Shown here: in pieces, positions 18,669 to 28,069 of the stretch | Layout: every line of letters starts with the position of its first letter | How positions within the stretch are numbered: position 1 is the stretch's first letter | NCBI GenBank assembly: GCA_965602015.1 | Contig: OZ271918.1 | Span: forward strand, 1,632,001-1,696,000 | Length of the DNA: 64,000 nucleotides | DNA from: Salinispira sp. | GTDB taxonomy: Bacteria > Spirochaetota > Spirochaetia > DSM-27196 > Salinispiraceae | Reading direction: 5' to 3' | The notes under the pieces: model-generated | The model's input: only the letters and a program-made list of their open reading frames with translations | Databases searched by the model: none | What the model was told of the DNA's origin: nothing | Translations under genes and position numbers: made by a program

Positions 18669-20033
18669 ATGCCCGTATATGTAAACAGGGTTTTAAACCT
18701 GAAAAAAATTCAGCTCATCGGCTTCGACATGGACTACACCCTGGTTCGCTATCGAACCAGGGAATTTGAGACCCTGGCTCATTCCCAGGCAGCGAGAATC
18801 ATGGTCGAGGACTTCGGATATCCGCCAGAACTGAGAACCTTTGATTTTGACTATAACCGGGCGCTTGTGGGCCTGGTTATCGACACCAGAAACGGCAATC
18901 TGCTCAAACTCAGCCGCTTCGGGAAAGTCAAAAGCGCATACCATGGTCTCCAGGAAATTCACTACCGTGAAGTGAAAAAGCGCTATGCAAATGTGGCGGT
19001 GGAACTGAGGGATCCGGTGTTTATCCCCCTGGACACCAGCTTTGCCATTTCTTACGGTGTTTTATATAGCCAGTTGGTGGAATTCAAACGGAATAATGAC
19101 GCTCTCCCGGACTTCGCGGTAATCGCCCGGGACGTCGGAAGGGCAATTGACCAGGCTCATCGGGACGGATCAATAAAAAACGTCGTCCGCTCTGATTTCG
19201 AACGCTTTGTTATAGAGGATCCCCGGGTGGCCGTGCTTCTCGAGCGCTACAAGAACTACGGCAAAAAACTCATGATCATCACCAACAGCGACTACGAGTA
19301 CACCCGCAGCCTCCTGGATTACGCAATTACCCCCCATCTGAAGCGTCACGAATCATGGAAAGATGTATTTGATATCGTAATTACCTTGGCGGAAAAACCG
19401 AAGTTCTTTCAGGACTCCCGTCGTTTTCTGAGGATCGACCCGGCAACAGGAGCCATGTACAACCACGAAGGGGCGGTGAGCAGCGGGGTGTTTCAAGGCG
19501 GCTGGTTCGGCAAGCTGCAGGACGACCTGGGGCTGCTGGGCAACCAGATTCTCTATTTGGGAGACCATATTTACGGCGATGTTGTGGCAATCAAGAAGCT
19601 CTGCGACTGGAGAACCGGCCTGGTACTGGCCGATCTTGAAAGCGAAATCCACGGCATAGAAAAGGCAAGACCGGTGCAGCAGGAAATCGATCGATTGAGC
19701 CGGGATAAGGCCGCCTTGGAGCGGGAAATTAACGAACTCGATATCGCCGACTACGAGGGACGCGCCACGGACCGCAAGCATTTGGAGACCCTGTTCGAAA
19801 AGATAGAGCGCATAAATGATCAAATCTCCGAGCTGCTCACCCAGTACCGCAGTAATTTTAATCCCTACTGGGGAGAAGTGCTGCGGGCGGGTATGGAGGA
19901 GAGCCGCTACGCCGACCAGCTGGTGAATTATGCCTGCGTGTATATGACAAAGGTTTCCGACCTCTACGAATACAGCCCAAAAACCTATTTCAGGCCCCAA
20001 AGGCGAAGCCTCGCCCATGAACTGGAGTTATAA
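18669..20033 (+). CDS. HAD-IG family 5'-nucleotidase (cN-II-like)
   Basis: GFDMDYTL, ITNS, KPKFF, YLGDHIYGDV. Confidence 0.92.
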   Translation: MPVYVNRVLNLKKIQLIGFDMDYTLVRYRTREFETLAHSQAARIMVEDFGYPPELRTFDFDYNRALVGLVIDTRNGNLLKLSRFGKVKSAYHGLQEIHYREVKKRYANVAVELRDPVFIPLDTSFAISYGVLYSQLVEFKRNNDALPDFAVIARDVGRAIDQAHRDGSIKNVVRSDFERFVIEDPRVAVLLERYKNYGKKLMIITNSDYEYTRSLLDYAITPHLKRHESWKDVFDIVITLAEKPKFFQDSRRFLRIDPATGAMYNHEGAVSSGVFQGGWFGKLQDDLGLLGNQILYLGDHIYGDVVAIKKLCDWRTGLVLADLESEIHGIEKARPVQQEIDRLSRDKAALEREINELDIADYEGRATDRKHLETLFEKIERINDQISELLTQYRSNFNPYWGEVLRAGMEESRYADQLVNYACVYMTKVSDLYEYSPKTYFRPQRRSLAHELEL

Positions 20034-20039
20034 TCTCCC

Positions 20040-21296
20040 GTGACCTGGAACACCCCTTTTGGCTCACTGGACCTGGAGCGCTTTCCCTACCCGGGCGAGA
20101 AGAGCCACCGCGCCTGGGATGCTTCGGATCAGTGGATTTTGGAGCACCTGGCCGGGGGCGAAAACGCCCCGGTATTTTCCCCTGCTGTTAGCCCGGCGGG
20201 AACTGCCGAAGCAAAATATCGGGACAAAATTTCCGGGAATTGGACGGTCATCGGCGAGGACTTCGGAGCCCTGAGCTGCGCCGTGGCCCGCTTTGGCGAA
20301 AACCCGCCGATGTTTATCAGCGATTCCTATTTGGCCCATCGGGCCCTTGAGCACAACCTTCAAAAAAACCATGTCCTGATTCCTGAGCAACAGCGCCGCA
20401 GTGTCGACAGCCTGTGTGCGGCCCAGCGCTCTGGCCCCCTTAGCGATAACGAGGGAACGGCTGGGCCGAATGTCCTGGTCAAGCTTCCCCGTTCGGCGGC
20501 CATGCTGCGCCGTTACCTCCGGGCCGCCCTGCTCGTTGCGCGACCAGGTTCAATGGTGTACGTCGGGGGGATGGATAAGAGGTGGAGCCGGGCCATGAGT
20601 AAAACCGCTGAACAGCTGTTGGGGCCGGGTCTGCCGGGCCGGTTTATTCGGCGGGGGCGTTGGATAGCCTATCGGCCGGCTGATATTCCCCGCATCGATA
20701 CAATCTGCACTGAGCTCAGATCGGACCTGAGTTTCTATTCGGAAAAAAACCGGGAATACCATCAGCTCTCCGGTGTTTTTTCCGCCGGTGGTCTGGACCC
20801 CGGCGCGGCCGCTTTGCTCAAGATGATAGCAGTGTTTACCGGGGATTTTCCGAACAACGCAAAAATTGCCGATCTGGGCTGCGGAAACGGAATTCTCGGA
20901 CTTGAAACAGCCCTTGTGCTGACGGAGGCCGAGTTTACCTTTATCGATGAGTACCAGCCCGCGGTTCTCAGCGCAGAAGCAAACTGGGAACGTCATATGG
21001 GCGGCAGACAGGCCCGCTTTATATGGAGCGACGGCTTAGGCGATTTTTCCGGGGAGAGTCTTGATGCGGTGCTCTGTAATCCCCCCTTTCACCATGCCAA
21101 TATCCAAACCACTGAGACCGCATTCTCCCTGTTTTCCCAGATCCGGCGTGCCTTGAAGCCGGGTGGGCGGGCAGTAGTGGTCAGCAATGCCCATCTGGGC
21201 TACCGTAGACGTTTGGAGTTAGAGTTTGCTGAAGTAAAAGAACTTTATCGGGATCATCGCTTTGTGGTTTTTATGTGCCAAAAGGCCCGGGAGTAG
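20040..21296 (+). CDS. RlmG/RsmC-like rRNA m2G methyltransferase
   Basis: AWDASD, FGAL, SDSY, GVFS..GLD.G, DLGCGNG, CNPPFH. Confidence 0.85.
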   Translation: MTWNTPFGSLDLERFPYPGEKSHRAWDASDQWILEHLAGGENAPVFSPAVSPAGTAEAKYRDKISGNWTVIGEDFGALSCAVARFGENPPMFISDSYLAHRALEHNLQKNHVLIPEQQRRSVDSLCAAQRSGPLSDNEGTAGPNVLVKLPRSAAMLRRYLRAALLVARPGSMVYVGGMDKRWSRAMSKTAEQLLGPGLPGRFIRRGRWIAYRPADIPRIDTICTELRSDLSFYSEKNREYHQLSGVFSAGGLDPGAAALLKMIAVFTGDFPNNAKIADLGCGNGILGLETALVLTEAEFTFIDEYQPAVLSAEANWERHMGGRQARFIWSDGLGDFSGESLDAVLCNPPFHHANIQTTETAFSLFSQIRRALKPGGRAVVVSNAHLGYRRRLELEFAEVKELYRDHRFVVFMCQKARE

Positions 21297-21352
21297 ATTT
21301 CCCCGGGTCAAAAAACTTTGTTTTGTCGCCCTCGTTACTATACCTTTATTCT

Positions 21353-22135
21353 ATGGAGCAACGAAAAAAGTATTCTGCAGCCGTCCTTATGGTTCTGCTT
21401 CCTGCCCTGCTGTTCGCCCAGTACCGGGTCGATCAGGTAGAACATGCCAAAAACCCCTCAAGCTGGTCTCCCGACTTCTATGAAATATATGATTACACAA
21501 GCTATCTGGATTTCCCTCCGTTTTCCGAACCCATCGATCTGCAATCAATCGATTATCCCCTGCTCCATGCCGCCATGTTCTTTGAGTCAAACCGGGCCAG
21601 AGTCGAGAATGAACTGCCGCCCCTTGAGTGGAATCTTCATCTGGAAATAACGGCATACAACCATTCGCTGTTTATGGTGGACGAATTTGAATTTGCCCAT
21701 TATTCCGGATCATCACGACGACGCTCGCCACGCGACCGGGCCGAGCTGGCAGGGGTTGCGAATCCGCAAATTCAGGAAAACCTGGGAATAAATTTTGCCC
21801 TCGACTACGTATCAAACACGCCGTTTTACGTCCATGGAGACGGCGTCTTTAGCTACGACAACAACCCTGACAATCCGTTGAGGGTGCTCAGCTACCATGA
21901 ATTCGGCATGAGGGCAGTTCGCCTGTGGATGTCGTCGTTCGGACATCGGAGAAACCTGCTAAACGAACGGGCGGTGCAGCTGGGAACCGGAGCATTTTTC
22001 TTTCGGGATGCAAACGCCGGATACTTCCCCAAGTTTCGCACGACCCAGAATTTTCAGTGGTTCACCGAAGTCATTCCGGGAGAAACCCTCGAACCCTTGC
22101 CCCCCGGATATGCCGTCGACAAAATTGTTGAATAA
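21353..22135 (+). CDS. Exported CAP (SCP) domain protein
   Basis: N.AR...LPPL.W, HS..M, ENLG, WMSS.GHRRNLL; signal peptide from ATG 21353. Confidence 0.8.
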   Translation: MEQRKKYSAAVLMVLLPALLFAQYRVDQVEHAKNPSSWSPDFYEIYDYTSYLDFPPFSEPIDLQSIDYPLLHAAMFFESNRARVENELPPLEWNLHLEITAYNHSLFMVDEFEFAHYSGSSRRRSPRDRAELAGVANPQIQENLGINFALDYVSNTPFYVHGDGVFSYDNNPDNPLRVLSYHEFGMRAVRLWMSSFGHRRNLLNERAVQLGTGAFFFRDANAGYFPKFRTTQNFQWFTEVIPGETLEPLPPGYAVDKIVE

Positions 22136-22159
22136 AAAGGGCCCTGCATCGCAGGGTCC
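22134..22159 (-). terminator. Terminator between the convergent CAP and rhodanese genes
   Basis: GGGCCCTGC-ATC-GCAGGGTCC stem with A5 on the + strand. Confidence 0.6.
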
Positions 22160-22210
22160 GGAAAAGATGTTGATTGTGAGAACAGCTGTGCGGGTTCAGC
22201 GTCTAGGCCC

Positions 22211-23095
22211 TTAGATCTCCAGAGTGAACTCCGCGTCGCCGAGTATGCGGCGGTTGCCCTGGTAATCCCGGATTCCGCCGACATTATAGACCTTGGTGTA
22301 GCCCAGTTCGTCGAGGGCCGCCTTGACGTATCCGGCCCGGGTTCCCGATCCGCACATCAGGAAGATTTCCCGATTTTTGTCTCCAAAAATATTCTGGAGG
22401 ATGGCTCGGCTGGTGATGTCCGCGGGGGTAAAATCCCAACCGGTATTCCTGGTCAGCGCGCGGTTATCGAGGTATTCGAAGAATGAGATAAACTCAAAGC
22501 TGTCCACCGAGCCGGCGGTGTACCGGTCTCCCACATTCCGCAGATCGACATACTTCGCACCGTCGCGATACAGGAAATTGTCGATGTTGGCCATGGTCAC
22601 CTCTGCGGGAAGAGCAGACTCGCCGGCGAATTCGCCGTCTCCCAGAATCTTGTTCTCACCGGCGTAATCGCGGATACCGCCGGCGTTGAAAACCTTGGTG
22701 TAGCCGATGGATTCCAGGGCAGCCTTGGTATATCCCGCCCGGGTCCCCGAACCGCACATCAGCACGACTGCTTCGTCCTTGGGTCCGAAAACATTGGTGA
22801 GCATGGCTTCGCTGACTACATCAGAATCAGAAAACTCCCATCCGTTGTTTCTAACCAGCGCCCTGCCCTCCAGGTATTCGAAGAAGGGAACCACTTCAAA
22901 TCCGGCCACATAGCCGCCGCTGAACATATCGGAAAAATTCCGCAAATCGATGAACCGGGCATCGTATGCCAGATAATTGTCGATATTTGCCATGGTGATT
23001 TCTTCATTGCCGCTGAGTTCGGCTGCTGAAGAACCGCAGCTGGCCAGCGTAACGGCCATCACCAGAGTTACAAGAAATACTACTGTTTTTTTCAT
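22211..23095 (-). CDS. Tandem rhodanese-domain lipoprotein
   Basis: Lipobox LASC; two homologous domains, each with (I/V)DLR and the active-site loop LMCGSGTRAG and closing GGI..Y. Confidence 0.85.
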   Translation of the reverse strand: MKKTVVFLVTLVMAVTLASCGSSAAELSGNEEITMANIDNYLAYDARFIDLRNFSDMFSGGYVAGFEVVPFFEYLEGRALVRNNGWEFSDSDVVSEAMLTNVFGPKDEAVVLMCGSGTRAGYTKAALESIGYTKVFNAGGIRDYAGENKILGDGEFAGESALPAEVTMANIDNFLYRDGAKYVDLRNVGDRYTAGSVDSFEFISFFEYLDNRALTRNTGWDFTPADITSRAILQNIFGDKNREIFLMCGSGTRAGYVKAALDELGYTKVYNVGGIRDYQGNRRILGDAEFTLEI

Positions 23096-23169
23096 TGCTC
23101 TCTCCTGTTTACCGGATCATCCGGCGTACTGTTTTGTATGAAATAATCGATTACTTTTCGTGCTGCCGC

Positions 23170-23754
23170 TCACATGTAGCGTTCATTGTGGTACTTGAAC
23201 AGACCCTGAAGCACCCGTACCGCGTTGTTCGGAGTAACCGTCGCGCCGGTGTAGGCATCTGCTTCTCCGTGCATCGGTTCGATGGCATTGATGGATTCCT
23301 GGGAAGCTCCGAACAGATTATCCGCAGTGTACATCGCCATTAGTTCCTTGACCGGAGTTCCGTCCCAGCTGACTTCACTGTCGCCGTAAAGACCGCTCTG
23401 ATAGTGGTCAGTTGAATCCATTTCCCAGGAAATATAATCAACGGCGCCGTCGTTCTTGTTCAGTTCGACGTATGCCACCGACCAGTAATTCACCTGCGGG
23501 GCCCTACAGGTACAGGCGATGTAGGCAACCTGGTATTTTACGGTCTCGAGCTGCTCGTATTCGAACAGCACGAAGGCTACCATTTCGGTTTCTTCCCGGT
23601 GACCGTTCACGTGGGTCCAGTAAAAGGCATTATCGACGGTAATGCCCGTCGTTTCCGCCGGCGCCGCTGCCTCCGGGGGAGGAGCCTGTTGACCGCAGCT
23701 GACGGCCAAGGCCACAATAAAAAGCACTATTGAAAAAAATGCAATTTTCTTCAT
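23170..23754 (-). CDS. Lipoprotein with an FMN-binding/flavinylation-like motif and CxC
   Basis: Lipobox AVSC; IACTCR; C-terminal DAYTGATVT matching D-x-x-[ST]-G-A-[ST]. Confidence 0.7.
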   Translation of the reverse strand: MKKIAFFSIVLFIVALAVSCGQQAPPPEAAAPAETTGITVDNAFYWTHVNGHREETEMVAFVLFEYEQLETVKYQVAYIACTCRAPQVNYWSVAYVELNKNDGAVDYISWEMDSTDHYQSGLYGDSEVSWDGTPVKELMAMYTADNLFGASQESINAIEPMHGEADAYTGATVTPNNAVRVLQGLFKYHNERYM

Positions 23755-23784
23755 GTGCCCTCCTAATTGCTGAGTAAAATTGTC

Positions 23785-23843
23785 AAATAGATAATATTTT
23801 ATCTATTTACCTGCATAATAGGGCACAATAAAAAATTACACAA
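23785..23843 (-). promoter_or_regulatory. Sigma70-like promoter with a downstream palindromic operator
   Basis: Minus strand TTGTGT-N17-TATTAT (23843-23815); perfect inverted repeat AAATAGATAA-TATT-TTATCTATTT at 23785-23808. Confidence 0.6.
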
Positions 23844-23868
23844 GTATTTTGTTGTGAAACTAGTAATT

Positions 23869-25665
23869 TTATTTCGACAGTTCGATAAATTCGGAAATCC
23901 GTTTTTCAATAAGGTCTAGGCTGCGATTCCAGAAATCGCCCTCGGCGATATTCAATCCGAGATTATCCTGAATGACATCCTCGGTCCGCTTGCAGCCCGT
24001 ATCGATGAGAACCCGGCGGTACTTATCGGCGAAACCCCGGCCTTCCTCACGGGCCATGGCATACAGCGCGTTGCTGAACAGGTAGCCGAAGGTATAGGGA
24101 AAATTGTAAAACGACAGTCCCGAGATATAGAAATGAAGCTTGCTGGCCCACAGACGCGGATCGTAGCTGTCCAGGAGATCCCGATAGGCAGTTTTCTGAG
24201 CATCGAGCATCAGCTCATCCAATTGAGCGGTCTGCAGTTCCCCACCTGACCGGGCGCTGTATAGCCCGCTTTCGAAAATGAATCGGGCGTGTATGTTCAT
24301 AAGCATGACCATGGACATCCGGATGCTGTTGTCGAGCATCGCCAGTTTAAGCGACCGGTCTTCTGCATGAGTAATGAGATAATCGTTTATGATCTCCTCG
24401 GCGAAGGTACTGGCAGTCTCCGCAGTGCTCATTACGTACAGCTGATGTGCAAAGGGCTGGTCCTGCAGCACATGTCCGTGATAAGCGTGTCCCAGCTCAT
24501 GGGCAAGGGTTCTCATGGAACCATAGCTCTCCTTAAATGTCATGAACACCCTCGGCTCCCGGCGCCGGTGGAATCGGGTACAAAATGCTCCCGGGCGCTT
24601 TCCCGAGCGATCCTCCGACTCTATAAAGCCGCTGGCTGCAGCCTCGGCGGCGAACTCGCCCATCTGGGGGTCGAATAAGCCGAACTGTTCAATAATGCCC
24701 TCCAGGGCCTCATCAAATGATACCGATCCGCCCCCGGGCATTGGAGCGCTCTGGTCGAACCAGCTCAGCTTATCCCTTCCCAGCTGGGCGGCCTTGATAT
24801 CGAACCACGGCTTGAGCATGTCCTTTCGGCGGTCTATGGCATCCCACATGGCCTCCAGGCTGCTTCGCTGAAGCCGGTTGTCTTCAAGGGGCTTGTCGAG
24901 AAAATGACCGTAGCCCTGTTGCTTGTAGAGACTTAAACGGGTTCCCGAAATATGATTTAGTGCATCGGCGCAGTCATCGGCAATGCTTTGCCATGCGGCA
25001 TCGGCGGCAAAAAAGGTATTCTCCCTGTAGCTCCGCTCCGGGTGATCAAAACGCAGCTGGGAAACCGATTTCTTCACAACCCGGCCTTTTTCCATAATCG
25101 CAACCGTTAAATCAGAACTTTTTCGGGTATAAAAACGTCCCCAGGCACTGATTCCGTCGACTGCGAGCCGGGCAGCGAGGGCTTCCCTCGCCTCATCCAT
25201 CATGTGCTCACTGCTTCGATAAAGCTCCCGCAATGCAAAATCTATGGATTGTAATGTGCTGTTATCCTTCAGGGCCTTTTCAAAAGCGGTAAAATCAGAC
25301 TGCTTCAACTGGATTCTCAGACTAATAGTCACCTCGGACAATCCGGCGGACAGGGCGCTGAGCGTACCAAGCAGACCGGCGTAGGCCTTGTTCTGGGCAT
25401 CCGCGCTGGCATGACAGTTTACATACACCTGCAACTGTCTGCCGAGCATTTGCACATCCGAGTATTGCTCCATGAATGATGCCCATCCGTCCGCGTGGGT
25501 TGCCGACCTGGTCTCATCCTCGTGGGTCGTGAACGGCGTAAGTTTTTTCACTTCGAGGTTAAGGCCGTCGATGCGGGATTCATACCTGCTCAAATCTGAG
25601 GTGAAGGCCGAATCTTCAACTGACTGATAGACTACTTCCAGGTTCCATGTACGCGGGTATTTCAT
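23869..25665 (-). CDS. pepF: M3B oligoendopeptidase F
   Basis: W.L..VY N-terminus, GKRPGAFC, TLAHELGHAYH, AETASTFAE, FYNFPYTFG. Confidence 0.92.
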   Translation of the reverse strand: MKYPRTWNLEVVYQSVEDSAFTSDLSRYESRIDGLNLEVKKLTPFTTHEDETRSATHADGWASFMEQYSDVQMLGRQLQVYVNCHASADAQNKAYAGLLGTLSALSAGLSEVTISLRIQLKQSDFTAFEKALKDNSTLQSIDFALRELYRSSEHMMDEAREALAARLAVDGISAWGRFYTRKSSDLTVAIMEKGRVVKKSVSQLRFDHPERSYRENTFFAADAAWQSIADDCADALNHISGTRLSLYKQQGYGHFLDKPLEDNRLQRSSLEAMWDAIDRRKDMLKPWFDIKAAQLGRDKLSWFDQSAPMPGGGSVSFDEALEGIIEQFGLFDPQMGEFAAEAAASGFIESEDRSGKRPGAFCTRFHRRREPRVFMTFKESYGSMRTLAHELGHAYHGHVLQDQPFAHQLYVMSTAETASTFAEEIINDYLITHAEDRSLKLAMLDNSIRMSMVMLMNIHARFIFESGLYSARSGGELQTAQLDELMLDAQKTAYRDLLDSYDPRLWASKLHFYISGLSFYNFPYTFGYLFSNALYAMAREEGRGFADKYRRVLIDTGCKRTEDVIQDNLGLNIAEGDFWNRSLDLIEKRISEFIELSK

Positions 25666-25779
25666 CCGATGCTCCTTTAGCTAAGGCTGAATTGTACCAT
25701 GGTATTGAAGGCTTTGCCTTTTCTCTCAACTCTTCATACCTTACAAATGCACCCTCTCATAACCACAAGGAGAAAACTA

Positions 25780-26391
25780 GTGGAAATACTCGAACGACTC
25801 GATAAACACTATTTCGAACAGGGAATGACCCTCCCCGAATATGCCGGAACGACACGGAACTACCGGGGTTTTATCAAGGAACTTATGCTCAGCGCTGATC
25901 CGTTGGAAAGCAGCGTCGAAAAGCTCAAATCGCTTATTGCACCGTTACCGGCCCCGGTGAGAGCCACCGTCAACACCGAAGACTGGTGCGGGGACTGGGC
26001 GTGTAATGCGCCGTTTTTGGGAGAATTATTCAGCCGCTCGGGCATAGAAATGCGGATATTCCGCGGCTCGGAGTTCCCCGCGTTGAAGAAGCGTTATGAA
26101 CGCGACGGTGACGATCACATCCCCGCTGTGAGCCTGTGGGACGGCGAGGGAAACGAGCTCATACGATGGATCGAAGCCCCGGAAAAAGTGTCCGCCATGA
26201 AGGACGAGTGGAAGGCACAGCACAGTGAGTTTATGGAAACCTATCGAAGTAAAGACAGCGATCCTGAGGCAAAAAAAGCCTGGCCGAAGATGTACCGGGA
26301 TTTTATGGAGCTGATGGCAGGGTGGTACCGCGATGGAATGTGGCATGAAATTTCTGCGGAACTTATCGCAGCCTTGGAAGATCGACGATGA
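25780..26391 (+). CDS. Thioredoxin-fold protein (Thioredoxin_9-like)
   Basis: TEDWCGD, HIP (cis-Pro loop), W.E.P; GTG 25780 follows AAGGAG. Confidence 0.75.
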   Translation: MEILERLDKHYFEQGMTLPEYAGTTRNYRGFIKELMLSADPLESSVEKLKSLIAPLPAPVRATVNTEDWCGDWACNAPFLGELFSRSGIEMRIFRGSEFPALKKRYERDGDDHIPAVSLWDGEGNELIRWIEAPEKVSAMKDEWKAQHSEFMETYRSKDSDPEAKKAWPKMYRDFMELMAGWYRDGMWHEISAELIAALEDRR

Positions 26392-27233
26392 TGCAGGGCA
26401 AACGAGTGCTCATAACCGGAGCGAACAGCGGCATTGGATTTGCTACCGCAAAAATCCTGGCAGGCAAGGGGGCGGAGATTATCGCGGCATGCCGCAACCG
26501 GGAACGCGGACAACGGGCTCTGGAAGACATCGCACGTGAGGCTAGGGGACCCGCCCCAAGGCTTCTCGAACTGGATTTAAATTCCCTGTCCTCGGTCAGG
26601 GAGGCTGCAGGCAAAATGCTCGGGGAAAACAACGCCATTGATGTGCTGATCAACAATGCGGGTATAATCCTGCCTCAGCGGGAGCTCAGTGCGGACGGGT
26701 ATGAGTCACAGTTTGCGACCAATCACCTCGGACACTTTCTCCTGACCAGATTGCTGGTTCCACTTTTGGAGAAGGCGGAGTCTGGAAGAATCATAAATCT
26801 TTCATCCGGCGCACATTGGGCGGGCAAAATACATTTTGACGATATAATGCTCGAGGAAAACTATCGTCCGTTTGTTGCGTACAGCCAAAGCAAACTGGCA
26901 AACATCCTGTTCACCCGTTCCCTTGCGTCTGAGCTAAAAGAACGCGGCATTACGGTCAATGCAGTTCATCCCGGATTCGTCCGCAGCAACTTTTCCGGAG
27001 ATCGTAAAACCGGAAAGCAGCCGCTGCTTTTCCGCCTATTGAGCTTTGCCGCCGTATCCAACGAGAAAGGCGCTGAGACCAGTGTATATCTGGCCGAGAG
27101 CCCCGATGTCGCGGGCATAAGCGGTGAATACTTTGCCAAGTGCAAGGTGGCACCGAGCAGCCCACGCAGCAAAGATGTTAAAACCGTCGCCAGGCTTTGG
27201 AAACTCAGTGAAGAACTCTGTAATCTTTCCTGA
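26388..27233 (+). CDS. SDR oxidoreductase (retinol dehydrogenase-like)
   Basis: TGANSGIG, NNAG, NHLGHF, YSQSK, HPG. Confidence 0.92.
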   Translation: MMQGKRVLITGANSGIGFATAKILAGKGAEIIAACRNRERGQRALEDIAREARGPAPRLLELDLNSLSSVREAAGKMLGENNAIDVLINNAGIILPQRELSADGYESQFATNHLGHFLLTRLLVPLLEKAESGRIINLSSGAHWAGKIHFDDIMLEENYRPFVAYSQSKLANILFTRSLASELKERGITVNAVHPGFVRSNFSGDRKTGKQPLLFRLLSFAAVSNEKGAETSVYLAESPDVAGISGEYFAKCKVAPSSPRSKDVKTVARLWKLSEELCNLS

Positions 27234-27311
27234 TAATCGTGCAACGTTGTGCATATCGCGGGTGGCAGATAGAAAACCACACAGCGGAAAATCAGGAATC
27301 ATCCAAGAGGT

Positions 27312-27995
27312 ATGGGCAAGGTGGATAGCGAACCCGACAGCGTAATCAGCCCCTATGAACATCATATGTCCGAGCTTGTGGTACAAACCCTCGATACGCT
27401 TTATCCGACCCAGGATATTCCCTTAAATCACCGCGACCCCTATACGCTGTTGATTGCGGTGCTGCTCTCAGCCCAATGCACCGATGCCAGGGTCAATACG
27501 GTAACCCCCGAGCTCTTTGCCCGGGCTTCAACTCCGCAGCAGATGTCCAGGCTTGGGGTAGAAGAAATCCAAAAGATAATCCGGCCCTGCGGGCTTGCGC
27601 CCACAAAGGCAAAGAACATACGTGCCCTTTCAAAAATCCTGGCGGAGGCAGAAATTCCCGAAATCGTGCCCAGGGATTTGACGGAACTCGAGAAGCTGCC
27701 AGGTGTCGGACACAAAACCGCATCGGTGGTGATAAGTCAGGCCTTCGGCATCCCGGCATTCCCGGTGGACACCCATATCCATAGACTGATGGCCCGGTGG
27801 GGTCTAAGCTCGGGAAAAAATGTCGTTCAAACCGAGCGCGATGCAAAACGCCTTTTCCCCCGCAGCCGTTGGAATGCCCTTCATCTGCAGATCATTTACT
27901 TCGGCCGGGAGTATTGCCCTGCCCGGGGACACGATGAAACTGCGTGCCCCATTTGCTGCCGGGTTGACGAGTACAAAGGGCGTTACCTCCGGTAA
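27312..27995 (+). CDS. nth: Endonuclease III
   Basis: LLSAQCTD, HhH LPGVGHKTA, FPVDTH, C-terminal Cys cluster. Confidence 0.92.
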   Translation: MGKVDSEPDSVISPYEHHMSELVVQTLDTLYPTQDIPLNHRDPYTLLIAVLLSAQCTDARVNTVTPELFARASTPQQMSRLGVEEIQKIIRPCGLAPTKAKNIRALSKILAEAEIPEIVPRDLTELEKLPGVGHKTASVVISQAFGIPAFPVDTHIHRLMARWGLSSGKNVVQTERDAKRLFPRSRWNALHLQIIYFGREYCPARGHDETACPICCRVDEYKGRYLR

Positions 27996-28069
27996 ACCGT
28001 GCGCCGGATAGGATTTTCACCCGCCGTTCTATCGCTGCCGCGGCTGCTTTGACCAGGGCAGCTCTGGAT

